A DNA stretch of 64,000 nucleotides. Source: Clostridia bacterium (GTDB lineage Bacteria; Bacillota; Clostridia; JAAYHZ01). The position numbers and the translations under genes were made by a program. The notes beneath the pieces were generated by a model, which worked only from the letters and a program-made list of their open reading frames with translations, was not told where the DNA came from and searched no databases. Every line of letters begins with the position of its first letter. The stretch's first letter is position 1. The stretch is taken from assembly GCA_050950825.1 (NCBI GenBank), contig JBMNIH010000003.1, positions 224,001 through 288,000 of the forward strand, written 5' to 3'. Of this stretch, positions 10,501 through 20,958 are shown in pieces.

Positions 10501-10671
10501 AAAATGACATCCCGCTTGGACGTAAAATTGAACTTCGATTTTGAAAGCGTAACCGAAACCGACATGTTAGAGCGAGAAATCGCCCCCGTTGAAACCAATC
10601 CGAAAGGCTTTTCTTTCGTCATCAAGCCTTTCGAGATTAAAACCTTTAAAATTAAAATGAAAAAAGCTTAA
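7591..10671 (+). CDS. Alpha-mannosidase, GH38
   Basis: SHIDVAWMW, WLPDVFGYS, GYGDGGGGP and NQFHDILPGSSI motifs. Confidence 0.95.
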   Translation: MALDLEYKRRIEKWQEYLKKRIFTPLKAVELEGYKTKELLSLSDLESKAFVPMKEGTPWGEKWEYCWFKTVITLDESVKGKRIVFAGEPGGESSVYINGKHAGAFDFNHHYVTLTKCAEGNERFEILMECYAGHGIREHKAIPCPPGFETVPEPPKNQTVVGHSVVGVWYEDIYQLWLDINTLYEIRNNIDPTSLRVVKIDKLLKEYTLTIDLEQPTEKLNEDCKNFRERVRPLMEAKNGSSAPVFYSIGNSHIDVAWMWPLAETVRKCSRTFGTMLSLMDEYDNYLFILSQPHLYQMVKDHYPDLYERMKEAVKKGQLIPEGAMWVEPDTNVPWGESLIRQFIHGKRFFKEEFGIDSKLCWLPDVFGYSGALPQIMKGCGVDYFTTQKIFWAYNGGMKFPYITFWWEGIDGTKVLSHFHTRYESHTNPATVIARWRDREQEEVESRLFVFGYGDGGGGPTRDHMEYINRQKDLEGSPKCIMSHPVKYFEYLETSEEGVNHTYKGELYFQAHRGTLTSQARTKRGNRKSEIALRDAEIYGVFSNILAGNPFDRKVLDPYWKLLLLNQFHDILPGSSIERVHKEAVEDFERIQKEAKRIAEECLSILTGPKEDSVTYFNSLSFDIDTLVELPEDFTAVENKNKELVAVQRYNDKNYARVQIPMFGSVSLKKSDENAKTYLSSETDTDAYVLENAFVRAEFNEYGEIVHLVDKKNGRTVSKGICNQIKMYKDIPTSWDNWDLDSSYKKMPVPLDQKAKIRKITGPLFQTLVIERKIHNSSYTQEVILKEHGPRIDFHTVVDWKESHKLLKVNFPVDIQTDEGLNEIQFGYIKRPNHMSRQYDQDRFEVSNQRWTALTEENYGVAVLNDCKYGVSMEDNSINLTLLKSGLAPDMNADKGIQEFTYSLYFWSGSFMNSPLIKEAYELNTVPFRVTGEKNMDSLIRFDSDNVFLDTIKPAEDGSKDIVLRFYEGKKMTSRLDVKLNFDFESVTETDMLEREIAPVETNPKGFSFVIKPFEIKTFKIKMKKA

Positions 10672-10686
10672 GAAAGGAAGATCACA

Positions 10687-11769
10687 ATGAGTTCCGAAGT
10701 CTTATTCGCCACTACAAGATACGATAAATATGACGTCAGCCAAACCCTTCCGGCCAAGTTTGAAAGGCTCATTGACGCCATGAACATGGAGGATGTTGTC
10801 AAGGGAAAATGGACCGCCGTAAAAATGCACGTAGGACGTAATATGGGATATTCGACGGTACATCCTTTGTTTGTTAAGAAGCTGGTTGACAAGTTGAAAT
10901 CCTACGGCGCCAAGGTGTTTGTTACCGACCAAACGGTATCCGGAGCCCGTGCAAGAGGGTATACCGAAGAATTTTTAGGAGTACCGATTGTGGCGGCGTG
11001 CGGCGTCATGAACCGATACTATTACGAAAAATACGTAGACTTTAAAACCTTTAAAAACGTAGATATTGCCGGGCACATCCACGACGCGGAGGTCATGATC
11101 GACTTTTCCCACGTGAAGGGACACGGGGTATGCGGTTACGGCGGTGCATGCAAAAACATCGCCATGGGATGCGTTACCGATCGAACAAGGCAGCAAATCC
11201 ACAGCTTGGAAGGGGGCTTGGAATGGAACGAAGAATTGTGCATTCATTGCGAGGCTTGTGTGAACAGCTGCAACCACGATGCCAACAAATTTGATACGGA
11301 TAACCGTTATTCCATTAACTTTCACCATTGTACCTATTGCCAGCACTGCGTGAAAGTCTGCCCCACGGAAGCCATCCGATTGAACGTAAACAGCTACGAG
11401 GACTTCCAAAAAGGAATGGCTCTCTGTACGGCGGAAGTATTGAAAACCTTTAAGCCCGACCATGTATTTTATATTAACTTTTTAATGAATATTACGGCCC
11501 TTTGCGATTGCTGGGGCATGACGACCCCCGCTTTGGTACCGGATATAGGGATTATGGCTTCCAAAGACATTGTGGCTATCGAAAGAGCATCCCTCGATTC
11601 CATTAAGTTCGAGGACTTATTGATACCCGGTGTTCCCCACGGTATGGAATTGGGCGATCACGGCCACTTGTTTGAACGCCTCCACGGCAAGAATCCTTTT
11701 GTCCAGCTAAAGGAGCTGGAAGCTCTAGGATTGGGAACACAGGAATACACCGTAAAGGAAATCAAGTAG
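10687..11769 (+). CDS. DUF362 domain protein with a 2x[4Fe-4S] ferredoxin insert
   Basis: VKMHVG, SHVKGH...GGACKNIAMGC, CIHCEACVNSC and CTYCQHCVKVCP, CDC motif. Confidence 0.85.
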   Translation: MSSEVLFATTRYDKYDVSQTLPAKFERLIDAMNMEDVVKGKWTAVKMHVGRNMGYSTVHPLFVKKLVDKLKSYGAKVFVTDQTVSGARARGYTEEFLGVPIVAACGVMNRYYYEKYVDFKTFKNVDIAGHIHDAEVMIDFSHVKGHGVCGYGGACKNIAMGCVTDRTRQQIHSLEGGLEWNEELCIHCEACVNSCNHDANKFDTDNRYSINFHHCTYCQHCVKVCPTEAIRLNVNSYEDFQKGMALCTAEVLKTFKPDHVFYINFLMNITALCDCWGMTTPALVPDIGIMASKDIVAIERASLDSIKFEDLLIPGVPHGMELGDHGHLFERLHGKNPFVQLKELEALGLGTQEYTVKEIK

Positions 11770-11798
11770 CAACAACTCCTGCGGATGAAAATGTATTC

Positions 11799-11842
11799 AA
11801 TAGAAAGAAAGGACGTGCTATAAAATGTCCTTTCTTTCTATT
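11799..11842. terminator. Bidirectional terminator
   Basis: Perfect 16-bp inverted repeat AATAGAAAGAAAGGAC / GTCCTTTCTTTCTATT between convergent genes. Confidence 0.8.
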
Positions 11843-11866
11843 ATTCTACATCGTAATTGACAAATT

Positions 11867-12565
11867 TCATTCCTCATAAAAATACGTTCTAAGTTCCTTA
11901 ACCAATTCGAACACGGTAGTTGCAGGATTCATCTTCGCCTTTGAACGTATATTTCTTTTTTCTTCATGCATTTTTAACAGTCTTTCTGCACGTTTAATTG
12001 CCTCATCAAGGCAACCTTTATCCATAAGTAACTCAAAAATATCTTTCATGTTTTTTTCATATTTTTCTATACCAAATTGTTTAAAATGCTTTGTTAACTT
12101 ATCACAATATTGTTGTCTTGTTATACCGGTATTCATGTACTCGAAATGCAAAAGAAACCATAATTCGATAGCTTCATTGGACCACCCTGTCTTATATCCC
12201 TTACTATGAGCCCGGTTAATATCATCATTAAAATCTTGGTCGGTATTGTCGTCCTTATCAAAAATGACCCAAACATTGCCATAAGGCATTACGGACCTAT
12301 TAATCATGTATTCGGTATAATTTACCAAATCGATAGCACTTCTACCGGTACCCTCTATATCTATTTCTATTTTTTCTTCAACCCTAACACTATTACTGTA
12401 TTTTGCATTAATTCTATTTTTAATACCTTCGAAATAATTCGGTTCAGTTCGTCCACCCTCACAAACAATCAAATATCGATAAGGAGCTCTTTTTTTGGCA
12501 TTTTCCTTTCTTTCTCTTCGGTGACGTCTTCTTTTTTTAAACAGTTCTTCGCGATCGCTCCCCAC
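11867..12565 (-). CDS. RloB family (AbiLii-like, TOPRIM-fold) protein
   Basis: LIVCEG--TEPNYF, VWVIFDKD, SNEAIELWFLLHFE and NPATTVFELV motifs. Confidence 0.88.
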   Translation of the reverse strand: MGSDREELFKKRRRHRRERKENAKKRAPYRYLIVCEGGRTEPNYFEGIKNRINAKYSNSVRVEEKIEIDIEGTGRSAIDLVNYTEYMINRSVMPYGNVWVIFDKDDNTDQDFNDDINRAHSKGYKTGWSNEAIELWFLLHFEYMNTGITRQQYCDKLTKHFKQFGIEKYEKNMKDIFELLMDKGCLDEAIKRAERLLKMHEEKRNIRSKAKMNPATTVFELVKELRTYFYEE

Positions 12566-13811
12566 TCTTTTGACCCTCCAATATATAAAATTCTTTCAAT
12601 AAGGGAACAGCCCCGTATCTTCCGGATAGGTAGTCCTTAGAATAAGTGGCATCATTTCGAACTTTACTGTCATCCTCCAACTTATATTCTGCCAATGAAT
12701 ACAAATTGGATACACCGGCAACGTCCTTTTCTACAAACCAGATTTCATCTCTTCTAAAAACATCTCTTGTCAGAGTAAATGTATCGTGAGTCGTAAAAAC
12801 CAATTGTGCATTATTTTCATTAATGTTCGGGGCATGAAACATGTTAATGATATATCTAACCAAAATAGGGTGCAACTTCGCATTTAGTTCATCAATAAAA
12901 AGAACACTTCCTTTTTTCATAACATCCCACAAGAAATCGAATAAACAGAACATTTTTTGTGTACCGCTCGATTCTTGATCAAATGGAATCTCTATATATT
13001 CATTGCTTTTTTCGATTTCGTGTCTTGAATATACTTTATATGCTTCTTTATTTTCATTGTCTTTGGTTTTTTCTACTCGAATTCCTTTAATGCCCGTATC
13101 GATAGCAATCAAGAAATCTTCAATTCGTTTTTTATAGGTTTCATTCTCCAAAATTTCCGGAGAAATTCGTCTTGAAATCAAGCTCTCGAAAGCAATATTC
13201 CCAAAATCGACAGACGTGTTATTAAAAAACCACTGATATACGGTCTTGGAAACTTCAACTTTCGTCCTTGCAGTTAAAGTTAAAAACAAGGTATTATCAT
13301 CAACAGCATCTTTAAATTTTTCGGCTTCTGCCATCCTCTTCCCACATTCGATGTTGTTTCCGGTTCTCTCGAACAGCATATTGTATTTTTTCCCACTGAT
13401 TTTCCTATAATAAAGCCATTCTTCATGAACTCTTTCTTGATCAACCGAAAAACCATATTGATATTCCGTGTCATCTTGAATGAAAAAGACTTCAAATTCA
13501 GAAGGCATATTTTTGCTATCGTTATCGAAAGCAAATCCGGTTACCGGGATCGTCTTTTTGCTGCGTTTATTTTCAACACTTTCCATTCCTAATGAGTTAT
13601 AAATAAAATAATGCATGAAACTAAAGGCTTCAATTACATTGGATTTACCGCTTGCATTTGCACCATAAATTGCTGCCAATTTTAAGTATTTAGATCCTGA
13701 CTTGGTTTCAATCAGGTTATATGGATGTTCTTTGATAGATGTGGCTGTCATGTCTAAAGTTGCTTCGTTTTTAAATGATTTATAGTTTTTGAAATTAAAC
13801 TGTACTAACAT
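12537..13811 (-). CDS. AAA_21/ABC-type ATPase (RloA/AbiLi-like)
   Basis: NYKSF, Walker A GANASGKS, signature ESSGTQK, Walker B FIDELNAKLHP, QLVFTTH, YLSGRYGAVP. Confidence 0.88.
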   Translation of the reverse strand: MLVQFNFKNYKSFKNEATLDMTATSIKEHPYNLIETKSGSKYLKLAAIYGANASGKSNVIEAFSFMHYFIYNSLGMESVENKRSKKTIPVTGFAFDNDSKNMPSEFEVFFIQDDTEYQYGFSVDQERVHEEWLYYRKISGKKYNMLFERTGNNIECGKRMAEAEKFKDAVDDNTLFLTLTARTKVEVSKTVYQWFFNNTSVDFGNIAFESLISRRISPEILENETYKKRIEDFLIAIDTGIKGIRVEKTKDNENKEAYKVYSRHEIEKSNEYIEIPFDQESSGTQKMFCLFDFLWDVMKKGSVLFIDELNAKLHPILVRYIINMFHAPNINENNAQLVFTTHDTFTLTRDVFRRDEIWFVEKDVAGVSNLYSLAEYKLEDDSKVRNDATYSKDYLSGRYGAVPLLKEFYILEGQKSGERSRRTV

Positions 13812-14173
13812 TTATCTCACCTTCTTTCTTGTTCATCCTCTCATCTTAATATACATTATTTTTTATGAGTTTACTATGGTTTTGTGAGAAATTTTCTCGT
13901 AAATTTATTATTTTTATTATTTATTGCCGTAAAATAATAGTCTTATACGCAAATTCCTCAAATTTTAAACTAATAAACCTAGACATTTTCACTTGGTAGA
14001 ATGATTTGTAGGATATTTTCTCGATCGCTGCGATAATAGACGGGAACTTTTGCTTTTATCAAATTGTAGGCAACATCATATAGGAAAAAGCCGTTTCTTC
14101 TTTTCTTCAGTCTTTACTTAAAAACGGATTACCGGCTTATGAAAAATAGCGCCGATTTATTCGGCGCTTCTTT

Positions 14174-15210
14174 TTAACCTCTGCTCAGAATTTTTATCAC
14201 ACCGTTCTTGGAATGTTTTTCTACGGATTCTTGTACCACATGACCTACCGTTATATCTCCCGAGCCTAATACGGACAGGTTGGATTTTTGGGTTTTGACT
14301 CCGGATGCATCCACGTTTCCGAAACCTCTTACCGTCATGTTAAATGCTTGCAGACAACCCTTTCTTACCGTTATATTTCCGAATCCGAAGATGTTCGCGG
14401 AAAAAGATCCAGCCGTTTATTATAAACCCTCCCTGCTCAATTTAAGAAAATGTCTACGGAACCGTTAACCGTGCCTTTGATTTGCTTTCCCGTATCTTGC
14501 CCCGGGTATATTGCTATTTTATTCGAACGGTTCTGCTTCTCCTTATCCGATGCATTGTGGTATATAACGGATAAAGTCCTGTCGGTTTTTTCGATGATCA
14601 TGCCCGATAGAAAGTCTATGGATCCGACGGCTTGGACAAAGGTTTGGGCATCCTTCGATCTTTCCACCCGTATATTGCCGGAATCCATATCCAAACTCAA
14701 CGAGTCGACTCCTTTGAAACTTTCCTCGATTTTCCTTCGCCTTTGGGTCCGATGCCGAAAAATTGGTCTTCGTATCGGAAAAGAATTTCTCCTGTACCTT
14801 TGTTCGCAATTGTCAGCGTCCGCAAATCGGCCGAACTTCCGTCTTTAAAAAAAACCTTTTCGCCATCCGCATAATCCTTTTCCTTATCCGAATAACAAGC
14901 GATTTTGGCGTATACGTGGGCAAGCGGCATATCGCCATCGATTTTTTACGGAAACGGAATCGCCCTTTATCCCGTTCCGCTTCCCCCGAGGTCTCGATCC
15001 CAAAAAGCTCATCCATAGAAACATTCGGCACTTTGGCGATAAAAGGCAGATTGGTGATATCCGGAAGGTTGATATCGTTCTCCCACTTGCTGACGGCCTG
15101 TGACGATATTTTTAATAGCTCCGCCGGTTCTTCTTGGGTCAGCTTCGCCTTTTTTCTGTATCTTTTGATTCTATTTTCTTAAACCGTATAGATTATACAT
15201 ACCGACATTC
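14174..15210 (-). pseudogene. Degraded XRE-HTH protein with C-terminal GIN/DUF2807-like beta repeats
   Basis: Fragments in several frames: RIKRYRKKAKLTQEEPAELLKISSQAVSKWEND (XRE), MDSGNIRV, VRGFGNVDAS, VLGSGDITVG. Stops and frameshifts throughout; boundaries approximate. Confidence 0.72.
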
Positions 15211-15308
15211 CTTCATGGATTGATAACCTGATTGTATCTTTCTTCCTTTTAAGGCACAACAAACATACAACCGGTTGAACTTATAAAAGAGCTTTTTAAA
15301 AAAACTTA

Positions 15309-15335
15309 ACCGGCGGTTGATTCAACTGCCGGTTT
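15309..15335 (-). terminator. Probable terminator hairpin
   Basis: AACCGGCGGTTGA / TCAACTGCCGGTT inverted repeat downstream of the CMD gene. Confidence 0.6.
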
Positions 15336-15349
15336 ATATTTATCAAATT

Positions 15350-15649
15350 CTAAAAAATGTCTTCCAACGCTTTGGCCGCAGTGTAGATGCTCCCGACCCC
15401 GCAAATATAATAGACGATTCTTAAGGTCTCCAATATTTCTTCCTTGCTCGCTCCGGCGGCTACGGCTTGTTTGGCGAAAGATTTAACGCCATCCGCCGTT
15501 CCTTTTGCCGCATCCAGTGCCAATCCGATTAAAAGCTTCGTTTTTACCGACAACTCTCCTTCCTTTATGGCCGAATTTCGATTCGCCGATATGTGGGTAA
15601 AAAGTTCGTTGTCGTTCTCTTTTATAAAATCCAAAGGATTCTTATTCAT
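15350..15649 (-). CDS. Carboxymuconolactone decarboxylase (AhpD-like) family protein
   Basis: LSVKTKLLIGLAL...AVAAGASKEEILETL. Confidence 0.85.
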   Translation of the reverse strand: MNKNPLDFIKENDNELFTHISANRNSAIKEGELSVKTKLLIGLALDAAKGTADGVKSFAKQAVAAGASKEEILETLRIVYYICGVGSIYTAAKALEDIF

Positions 15650-15764
15650 AACAACCTCCGTGTTTTCATAATATTGCTTTTGCTATTTTACCATAATTTA
15701 TCCGTTCCGATTCTAATAAAAATACTTCGTATAAATAAAGGACAGGTTTCCCTGTCCCTTGTTC

Positions 15765-16298
15765 CTATTCCTTCGGTTCGTACCGGTTAAAGCTAACCAA
15801 ATCTTTTAGGTCTTTTCTTTTCTTCGGAGGCGCTTCCGATTCCGGATAGCCGATAGGCAAAAGTACGATGACTTCCATATTCTCCGGCAGATCCAGTATA
15901 TCGTGGCATAAATCGGGATTAAAAGCACATACCCAGCAGGAGCCCAAACCCAAATCGGCGGCGGCTAATGCCATGTGGTCCGTTGCAATGGCCGCGTCGA
16001 TATCGCAGTGGTCCTTTTGGTCGTAGCTTCTTACCCAAGACCGGGCTCGGTCGCCACAGACCGCAATGACTGCCGGTGCACTTTTAAACCACTCTCTCGG
16101 ATACGCTTTTGATAACCGATCCTTCATTTCTTGATCGGTAACGACGATAAAATGATAAGGCTGGTAGTTCACTGCCGAGGGGGCCAATCTTCCGGCTTCC
16201 AAAATCTTCAGTATTTTCTCTTCCTCCACCGGATCCTGTTTAAATTTTCTTACCGAATATCTTTTTCCGGCAAGCTCGAGAAACGACACATACACCAC
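15765..16298 (-). CDS. Nitroreductase family protein
   Basis: RYSVRKF, APSAVNYQP, LAAADLGLGSCWV and LPIGYP motifs. Confidence 0.92.
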   Translation of the reverse strand: MVYVSFLELAGKRYSVRKFKQDPVEEEKILKILEAGRLAPSAVNYQPYHFIVVTDQEMKDRLSKAYPREWFKSAPAVIAVCGDRARSWVRSYDQKDHCDIDAAIATDHMALAAADLGLGSCWVCAFNPDLCHDILDLPENMEVIVLLPIGYPESEAPPKKRKDLKDLVSFNRYEPKE

Positions 16299-16450
16299 TT
16301 CCTTTCCTATGGGATACCCTTAGGCATAGGATAGCACGTTTTATCGAACTTGAAAAGCGTCACGGGATCAGGTCGTGCAATCCATATATTCCAATTTATT
16401 GTATTTACTGAATGAATATTCAATCGGTATCCTATATTTTTCCATTTATC

Positions 16451-18268
16451 CTACAGGCTGTAGTTTATTTCATCGGTTTTCTGTTTTAATCCGGAAGATA
16501 TGATATAAACAAGGATATACGCTACGGCCGGTTCCACAAGCAGCAACGTTTTTACCGTATAGATTCTGCAAAGAAGATTCAATCCCCCTCCGGTAACTAC
16601 GGTGGTAACAAACATGATTCCTAAGGCTTTCAAAGCATCCTTTACACCCAGCTCTTTAAAAAGGATGGTCGCGGTAGCAATACAAGGAATATACAAGGTT
16701 AATACCACAACGGCAATCACCGTTTGGATATCCGTTAATTCCAAAGGCAGCAGCAAGGCCAAAGCGGCGTCTTTTCTCACCGCTCCTACGATTAAAGCGG
16801 CAACGGTTTCCACGGGAAGGCCGAAAACACCGGTGATGAGAGGAGAGAACAGTTTTCCCAAAAAGTCCACCGCTCCGGTTATATGCAATACGTTCATAAG
16901 AAACACGCCGAAAAAAACATAAGGCACCGCATCCTTCATAAAACAAGTAAGCCTCATCCGCACCTTTTTCATCTGGTTTTTCAAACGGGGCATTCGGTAA
17001 GGAGGAACCTCCATAATCAGCGTAGGGGTGCTGTCCTTTACTCCGTGCTTTAAAATAGCCCCTAAAACCATCCACACGGTGAAAAGAGTGAGAAACACCA
17101 AAAGGATGTATTGATGGCCTCGGCTTCCCACGGCTTTGAAGATAAGGGAGGTTTGCGCCATACAGGGGATAACGGTACAGGTAAGAACGGCGGTAATAAA
17201 TCGCTCTCTTCGGGTTTCCAAGTTACGAATGGCCATAAGACCCGGCACATTGCATCCGCATGCCAAAAACATAGGAATCACGGAATAACCGTGAAGGCCG
17301 ATTCGGTGGAGGGTCTTATCCAGCGTCACCGCCACTCGAGGAAGGTAACCTAAATCTTCTAAAAAGCCGAAGACAATATAGAAAAGAAGGATATACGGAA
17401 ACACGACGCCCAAGGATACGAACAAGCCTGTGGTCAGCACGCCCATAGCTCTTTCGTAGTTCAGAGCGTTATTCTCCACGGTTCCGATGAGAAGTTCATG
17501 CCAAAAGCTTTGTTTTCCTAAGATTTCGCTCAGTTTTAAAATCAGAGGCGTGTAGCAGCGAGAAAATAAGGCTTCAAGGCCTTTCGTCATATATTCTCCC
17601 AAAAAAGAGATTAAGTTAAACAAAGCGAAAAGAACCACAAGAGCCAAAGGAAGGCCGAAAACGGGATGAACGGTAAAATCCTGGAGCCTTTCGATGAAGG
17701 TAGGCTTTCGATTCGTCATGTTTTGAACCTTTTCCGTAATCTCCCCGAGTTTTTTCCATCTTGCATCCGACGTCATTTTCGGAACAAAAACAGGCTTTGC
17801 CGTCATGCATTTTTCGGAAAGAAGTTTCACTCCTTCTCCCGTTAAGCCGTTGGTAGGAATCACCGATACTTTTAAAAGCTTTTCCAGCTTCTTTACATCG
17901 ATACGGATGCCTTTTTTCAAAGCGTCGTCCCACATATTCAACGCTAAGATCACGGGTTTTCCGTATTCCATCAGCTGCAGGGTCAAATTCAAATTCCGCT
18001 CCAGATTCGCGGCATCCACAACATTTACCAGCACGTCTCCTTTTTCCAGCATCCGTAGAGCCGTTTTTTCCGCTTCCGATTCCGGGTCCAATCGATAGAT
18101 TCCCGGAACATCCCACACCGTATGTTTTTCATTTTTCATCGTCAGATAGCCGGATGTAAATTCCACGGTGGTTCCGGGGTAATTGGAGGTTTGAACGCTC
18201 ACACCGGTTAAATGTCCGAACAAAGCGCTTTTTCCTACGTTAGGATTGCCTACGAGAAGAATGTTCAT
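16451..18268 (-). CDS. feoB: Ferrous iron transporter B
   Basis: GNPNVGKS, NYPGTTVE, DVPG and NMWD GTPase motifs; gate motifs GCNVP and YIPCIAT. Confidence 0.93.
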   Translation of the reverse strand: MNILLVGNPNVGKSALFGHLTGVSVQTSNYPGTTVEFTSGYLTMKNEKHTVWDVPGIYRLDPESEAEKTALRMLEKGDVLVNVVDAANLERNLNLTLQLMEYGKPVILALNMWDDALKKGIRIDVKKLEKLLKVSVIPTNGLTGEGVKLLSEKCMTAKPVFVPKMTSDARWKKLGEITEKVQNMTNRKPTFIERLQDFTVHPVFGLPLALVVLFALFNLISFLGEYMTKGLEALFSRCYTPLILKLSEILGKQSFWHELLIGTVENNALNYERAMGVLTTGLFVSLGVVFPYILLFYIVFGFLEDLGYLPRVAVTLDKTLHRIGLHGYSVIPMFLACGCNVPGLMAIRNLETRRERFITAVLTCTVIPCMAQTSLIFKAVGSRGHQYILLVFLTLFTVWMVLGAILKHGVKDSTPTLIMEVPPYRMPRLKNQMKKVRMRLTCFMKDAVPYVFFGVFLMNVLHITGAVDFLGKLFSPLITGVFGLPVETVAALIVGAVRKDAALALLLPLELTDIQTVIAVVVLTLYIPCIATATILFKELGVKDALKALGIMFVTTVVTGGGLNLLCRIYTVKTLLLVEPAVAYILVYIISSGLKQKTDEINYSL

Positions 18269-18498
18269 CCTTTCGCCTCCACCCATATTTTCTTAGCCAA
18301 AGCATAGCCGATAGCCACCTCGCTGTTCGCCACCCTTACAATCAAGGGACCTTTTGCCGGCAGGGCGTTTTTTTTCACGATCAAAGCTCCGGCTCGAATG
18401 CCTAAGGACTCCAACTTGGCTACGGTTTTTTTACCTCCGCTTATGGAGATGATGACGCCGGACCGGCCGATGTCCATATCGCTTAAGGGCATTTTCAT
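18265..18498 (-). CDS. feoA: Ferrous iron transport protein A
   Basis: LESLGIRAG...GPLIVRV...VAIG; overlaps the feoB start. Confidence 0.88.
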   Translation of the reverse strand: MKMPLSDMDIGRSGVIISISGGKKTVAKLESLGIRAGALIVKKNALPAKGPLIVRVANSEVAIGYALAKKIWVEAKG

Positions 18499-18608
18499 AC
18501 TTAACAACGCGAAAAGCCTCCGTAAAAGAAATACCGGGCTTTCTTTTCTTGCCCGGTACTATTGTATTCTTACGGTATTTACGGTTATGCCAAAATAGAC
18601 AAGTTTCT

Positions 18609-19529
18609 CTATACGATTTCACCGATATAGTCGTAAGGCGTTTCTTGGTAAACGTAGTAGTTCAGCCAGTTGGTGTACAACAAGTTGGCATGGCCTCTCC
18701 AAGACACTACGGGTTCTTTCGTCTCGTCGTCGTTAGGGAAATAATTCTTGGGGATTTGGATATCCAACCCCTTCGCCTTGTCTCGCAGGTACTCGTTTCT
18801 TAATGTTCCCGCATCGTATTCCGAATGCCCGGTTATAAAGACCTGTTTTCCGTCCTTGCTCATGACGATGTAAATACCCGCCTCGTCGGACTCGGACAAA
18901 ATTTCCAGTTCGTTAACCTTTTCAATGTCCTTTCGTAAAACGGTGGTATGCCTCGAGTGAGGAACGTAAAACACATCGTCAAATCCTCGGAACAGCTTCA
19001 CATACTGTTTGTTGATTCGGTGAGGGAAAACACCGAACATCTTTTTCTCCAAGGGATATTTCGGAATCCCGTAGTGGTAATAAAGGGCGGCTTGCGCACC
19101 CCAACAGATATGGAAGGTGGAAAAGACGTGGGTTTTGCTCCATTCCATGATTCGGGTCAATTCTTCCCAATAGTCCACCTCTTCGAATTCCAGCGTTTCC
19201 ACCGGCGCACCGGTAATGATCAACCCGTCAAACTTTTGGTCCTTCACATCGTCGAAATGCCGGTAAAATTGTATTAAATGCTCCTGAGGCGTGTTTTTCG
19301 ACACATGAGATTTCGGATGCAAAAGTACCACATCCACCTGCAAAGGCGAGTTTCCGATCAGTCGAAGGATTTGAGTCTCGGTGACAATCTTGGTAGGCAT
19401 CAAATTCAAAATGGCAATCCTCAAGGGGCGAATGTCTTGGTGAATCGCCCGATGTTCGGTCATAACAAATATGTTTTCTTTGACTAGGGTTTCGTAAGCC
19501 GGTAGACAATCCGGTATTTTTATCGGCAT
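18609..19529 (-). CDS. metA: Homoserine O-acyltransferase, probably acetyl-CoA specific
   Basis: ILNLMP, HICWGAQ and GHSEY motifs; Glu in TGAPVE points to acetyltransferase. Confidence 0.95.
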   Translation of the reverse strand: MPIKIPDCLPAYETLVKENIFVMTEHRAIHQDIRPLRIAILNLMPTKIVTETQILRLIGNSPLQVDVVLLHPKSHVSKNTPQEHLIQFYRHFDDVKDQKFDGLIITGAPVETLEFEEVDYWEELTRIMEWSKTHVFSTFHICWGAQAALYYHYGIPKYPLEKKMFGVFPHRINKQYVKLFRGFDDVFYVPHSRHTTVLRKDIEKVNELEILSESDEAGIYIVMSKDGKQVFITGHSEYDAGTLRNEYLRDKAKGLDIQIPKNYFPNDDETKEPVVSWRGHANLLYTNWLNYYVYQETPYDYIGEIV

Positions 19530-19556
19530 GTAAGCGAATTCTCCTTCCTCGAAATT

Positions 19557-20486
19557 TTATCTGTCGAACAGTCCGGTAGAAAGATAGCGTTCTCCGGTGT
19601 CCGGTAGTATGCATACGATCAATTTGCCTTTGTTTTCCGGCCTTTTTGCCAATTGGGTGGCGGCATAGGCCGATGCTCCGGATGAAATCCCTACCAGCAA
19701 TCCTTCGGTAGAAGCCAAAAGACGAGAAGTTTCAAAGGCGTCTTCGTTCTTCACCCTGATGATTTCATCCAATATATTCGTATTTAACACCTTCGGTACG
19801 AAGCCGGCACCGATTCCTTGAATCTTGTGAGGACCCGGTTTTTCTCCCGACAATACGGCGGAGTTATCCGGCTCCACGGCTACAACCTTTACGTCCTTCT
19901 TTCCGGATTTTAAGACCTCTCCCACACCGGTAACGGTTCCTCCGGTGCCGACCCCCGCTACAAAAATATCCACTTGGCCGTCGGTATCTCTCCAAATTTC
20001 TTTCGCCGTGGTTTCTTTGTGAATCTTCGGGTTCGCCGGATTTTCAAATTGCTGCGGGATGTATGCGTTTTTCAATTCTTCCGCCAATTCTTTCGCCCTT
20101 CGTATGGCTCCGTTCATGCCTTCCGCACCGGGGGTTAACACCAGCTCCGCACCGTAGGCCTTCAGCAGATTTCTTCTTTCCAAGCTCATGGTATCCGGCA
20201 TCGTTAAAATGCAACGGTATCCTTTTGACGCGCAGACATACGCCAATGCGATACCGGTGTTGCCGCTGGTAGGCTCGATAATGACGGTATCTTTATTGAT
20301 CAGACCTTTTTCTTCGGCATCTTCAATCATCGCCAATCCGATTCGGTCTTTTACGCTGCCGCCCGGATTAAAATACTCCAGCTTAGCCGCTATGCGAGCT
20401 TCCAGGCCTAAGGAGCGTCCGTAATTCGTAAGCTCCAAAAGCGGGGTATTCCCTATTAATTCCGTCAAACTTTTTGCAATTTTCAT
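19557..20486 (-). CDS. cysK: Cysteine synthase A
   Basis: NPGGSVKDR (PLP lysine), [30 protein letters not shown]. Confidence 0.97.
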   Translation of the reverse strand: MKIAKSLTELIGNTPLLELTNYGRSLGLEARIAAKLEYFNPGGSVKDRIGLAMIEDAEEKGLINKDTVIIEPTSGNTGIALAYVCASKGYRCILTMPDTMSLERRNLLKAYGAELVLTPGAEGMNGAIRRAKELAEELKNAYIPQQFENPANPKIHKETTAKEIWRDTDGQVDIFVAGVGTGGTVTGVGEVLKSGKKDVKVVAVEPDNSAVLSGEKPGPHKIQGIGAGFVPKVLNTNILDEIIRVKNEDAFETSRLLASTEGLLVGISSGASAYAATQLAKRPENKGKLIVCILPDTGERYLSTGLFDR

Positions 20487-20514
20487 AAAATTCAACCTCC
20501 TGTATTCAATGTAA

Positions 20515-20958
20515 TTAGATATAGAACATGTGTTGGCCCTTCAAGCCCTGCGCTTTGTAATCGTCAGCCAGATCCTGAAGCGTTATATTATTCACCACTT
20601 CACCGATGGCTCCTCCGAGCCTATCCCAAACCCTTCGAGTAATACAAAAGTCGTATCGGTTGCACTCCTTGCTTCCTTTTTTACAGTCAAGAAGCTTTAA
20701 AGGTCCCTCCAGGGCTTCCAATACCATTCCGACCGTAATGTTTTTCGGGTCTTTTTTTAATGCGTATCCTCCTTGGGATCCTCTTGCTCCCGTCAATATC
20801 CCCTTTTTACGGAGAACGGAAAACAGCTGCTCCAAATAACTTTCGGACAACCGATGCCGGTCGGCAATGCTCCGCAGAGAAACAAAACCCTCCGTTTGAT
20901 GAACCGTTAAATCCAATACAGCCAGAACACCGTAAATTCCTTTGGTAGATAATCTCAA
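20515..20958 (-). CDS. Rrf2 family regulator with three Cys (IscR-like)
   Basis: LSESYLEQL...RGSQGGY; cluster ligands in [15 protein letters not shown]. Confidence 0.9.
   Translation of the reverse strand: MRLSTKGIYGVLAVLDLTVHQTEGFVSLRSIADRHRLSESYLEQLFSVLRKKGILTGARGSQGGYALKKDPKNITVGMVLEALEGPLKLLDCKKGSKECNRYDFCITRRVWDRLGGAIGEVVNNITLQDLADDYKAQGLKGQHMFYI

Noticed and set aside
19530-19556. SAM riboswitch or T-box before metA
   Set aside because: The gap is only 27 bp and no consensus is present.
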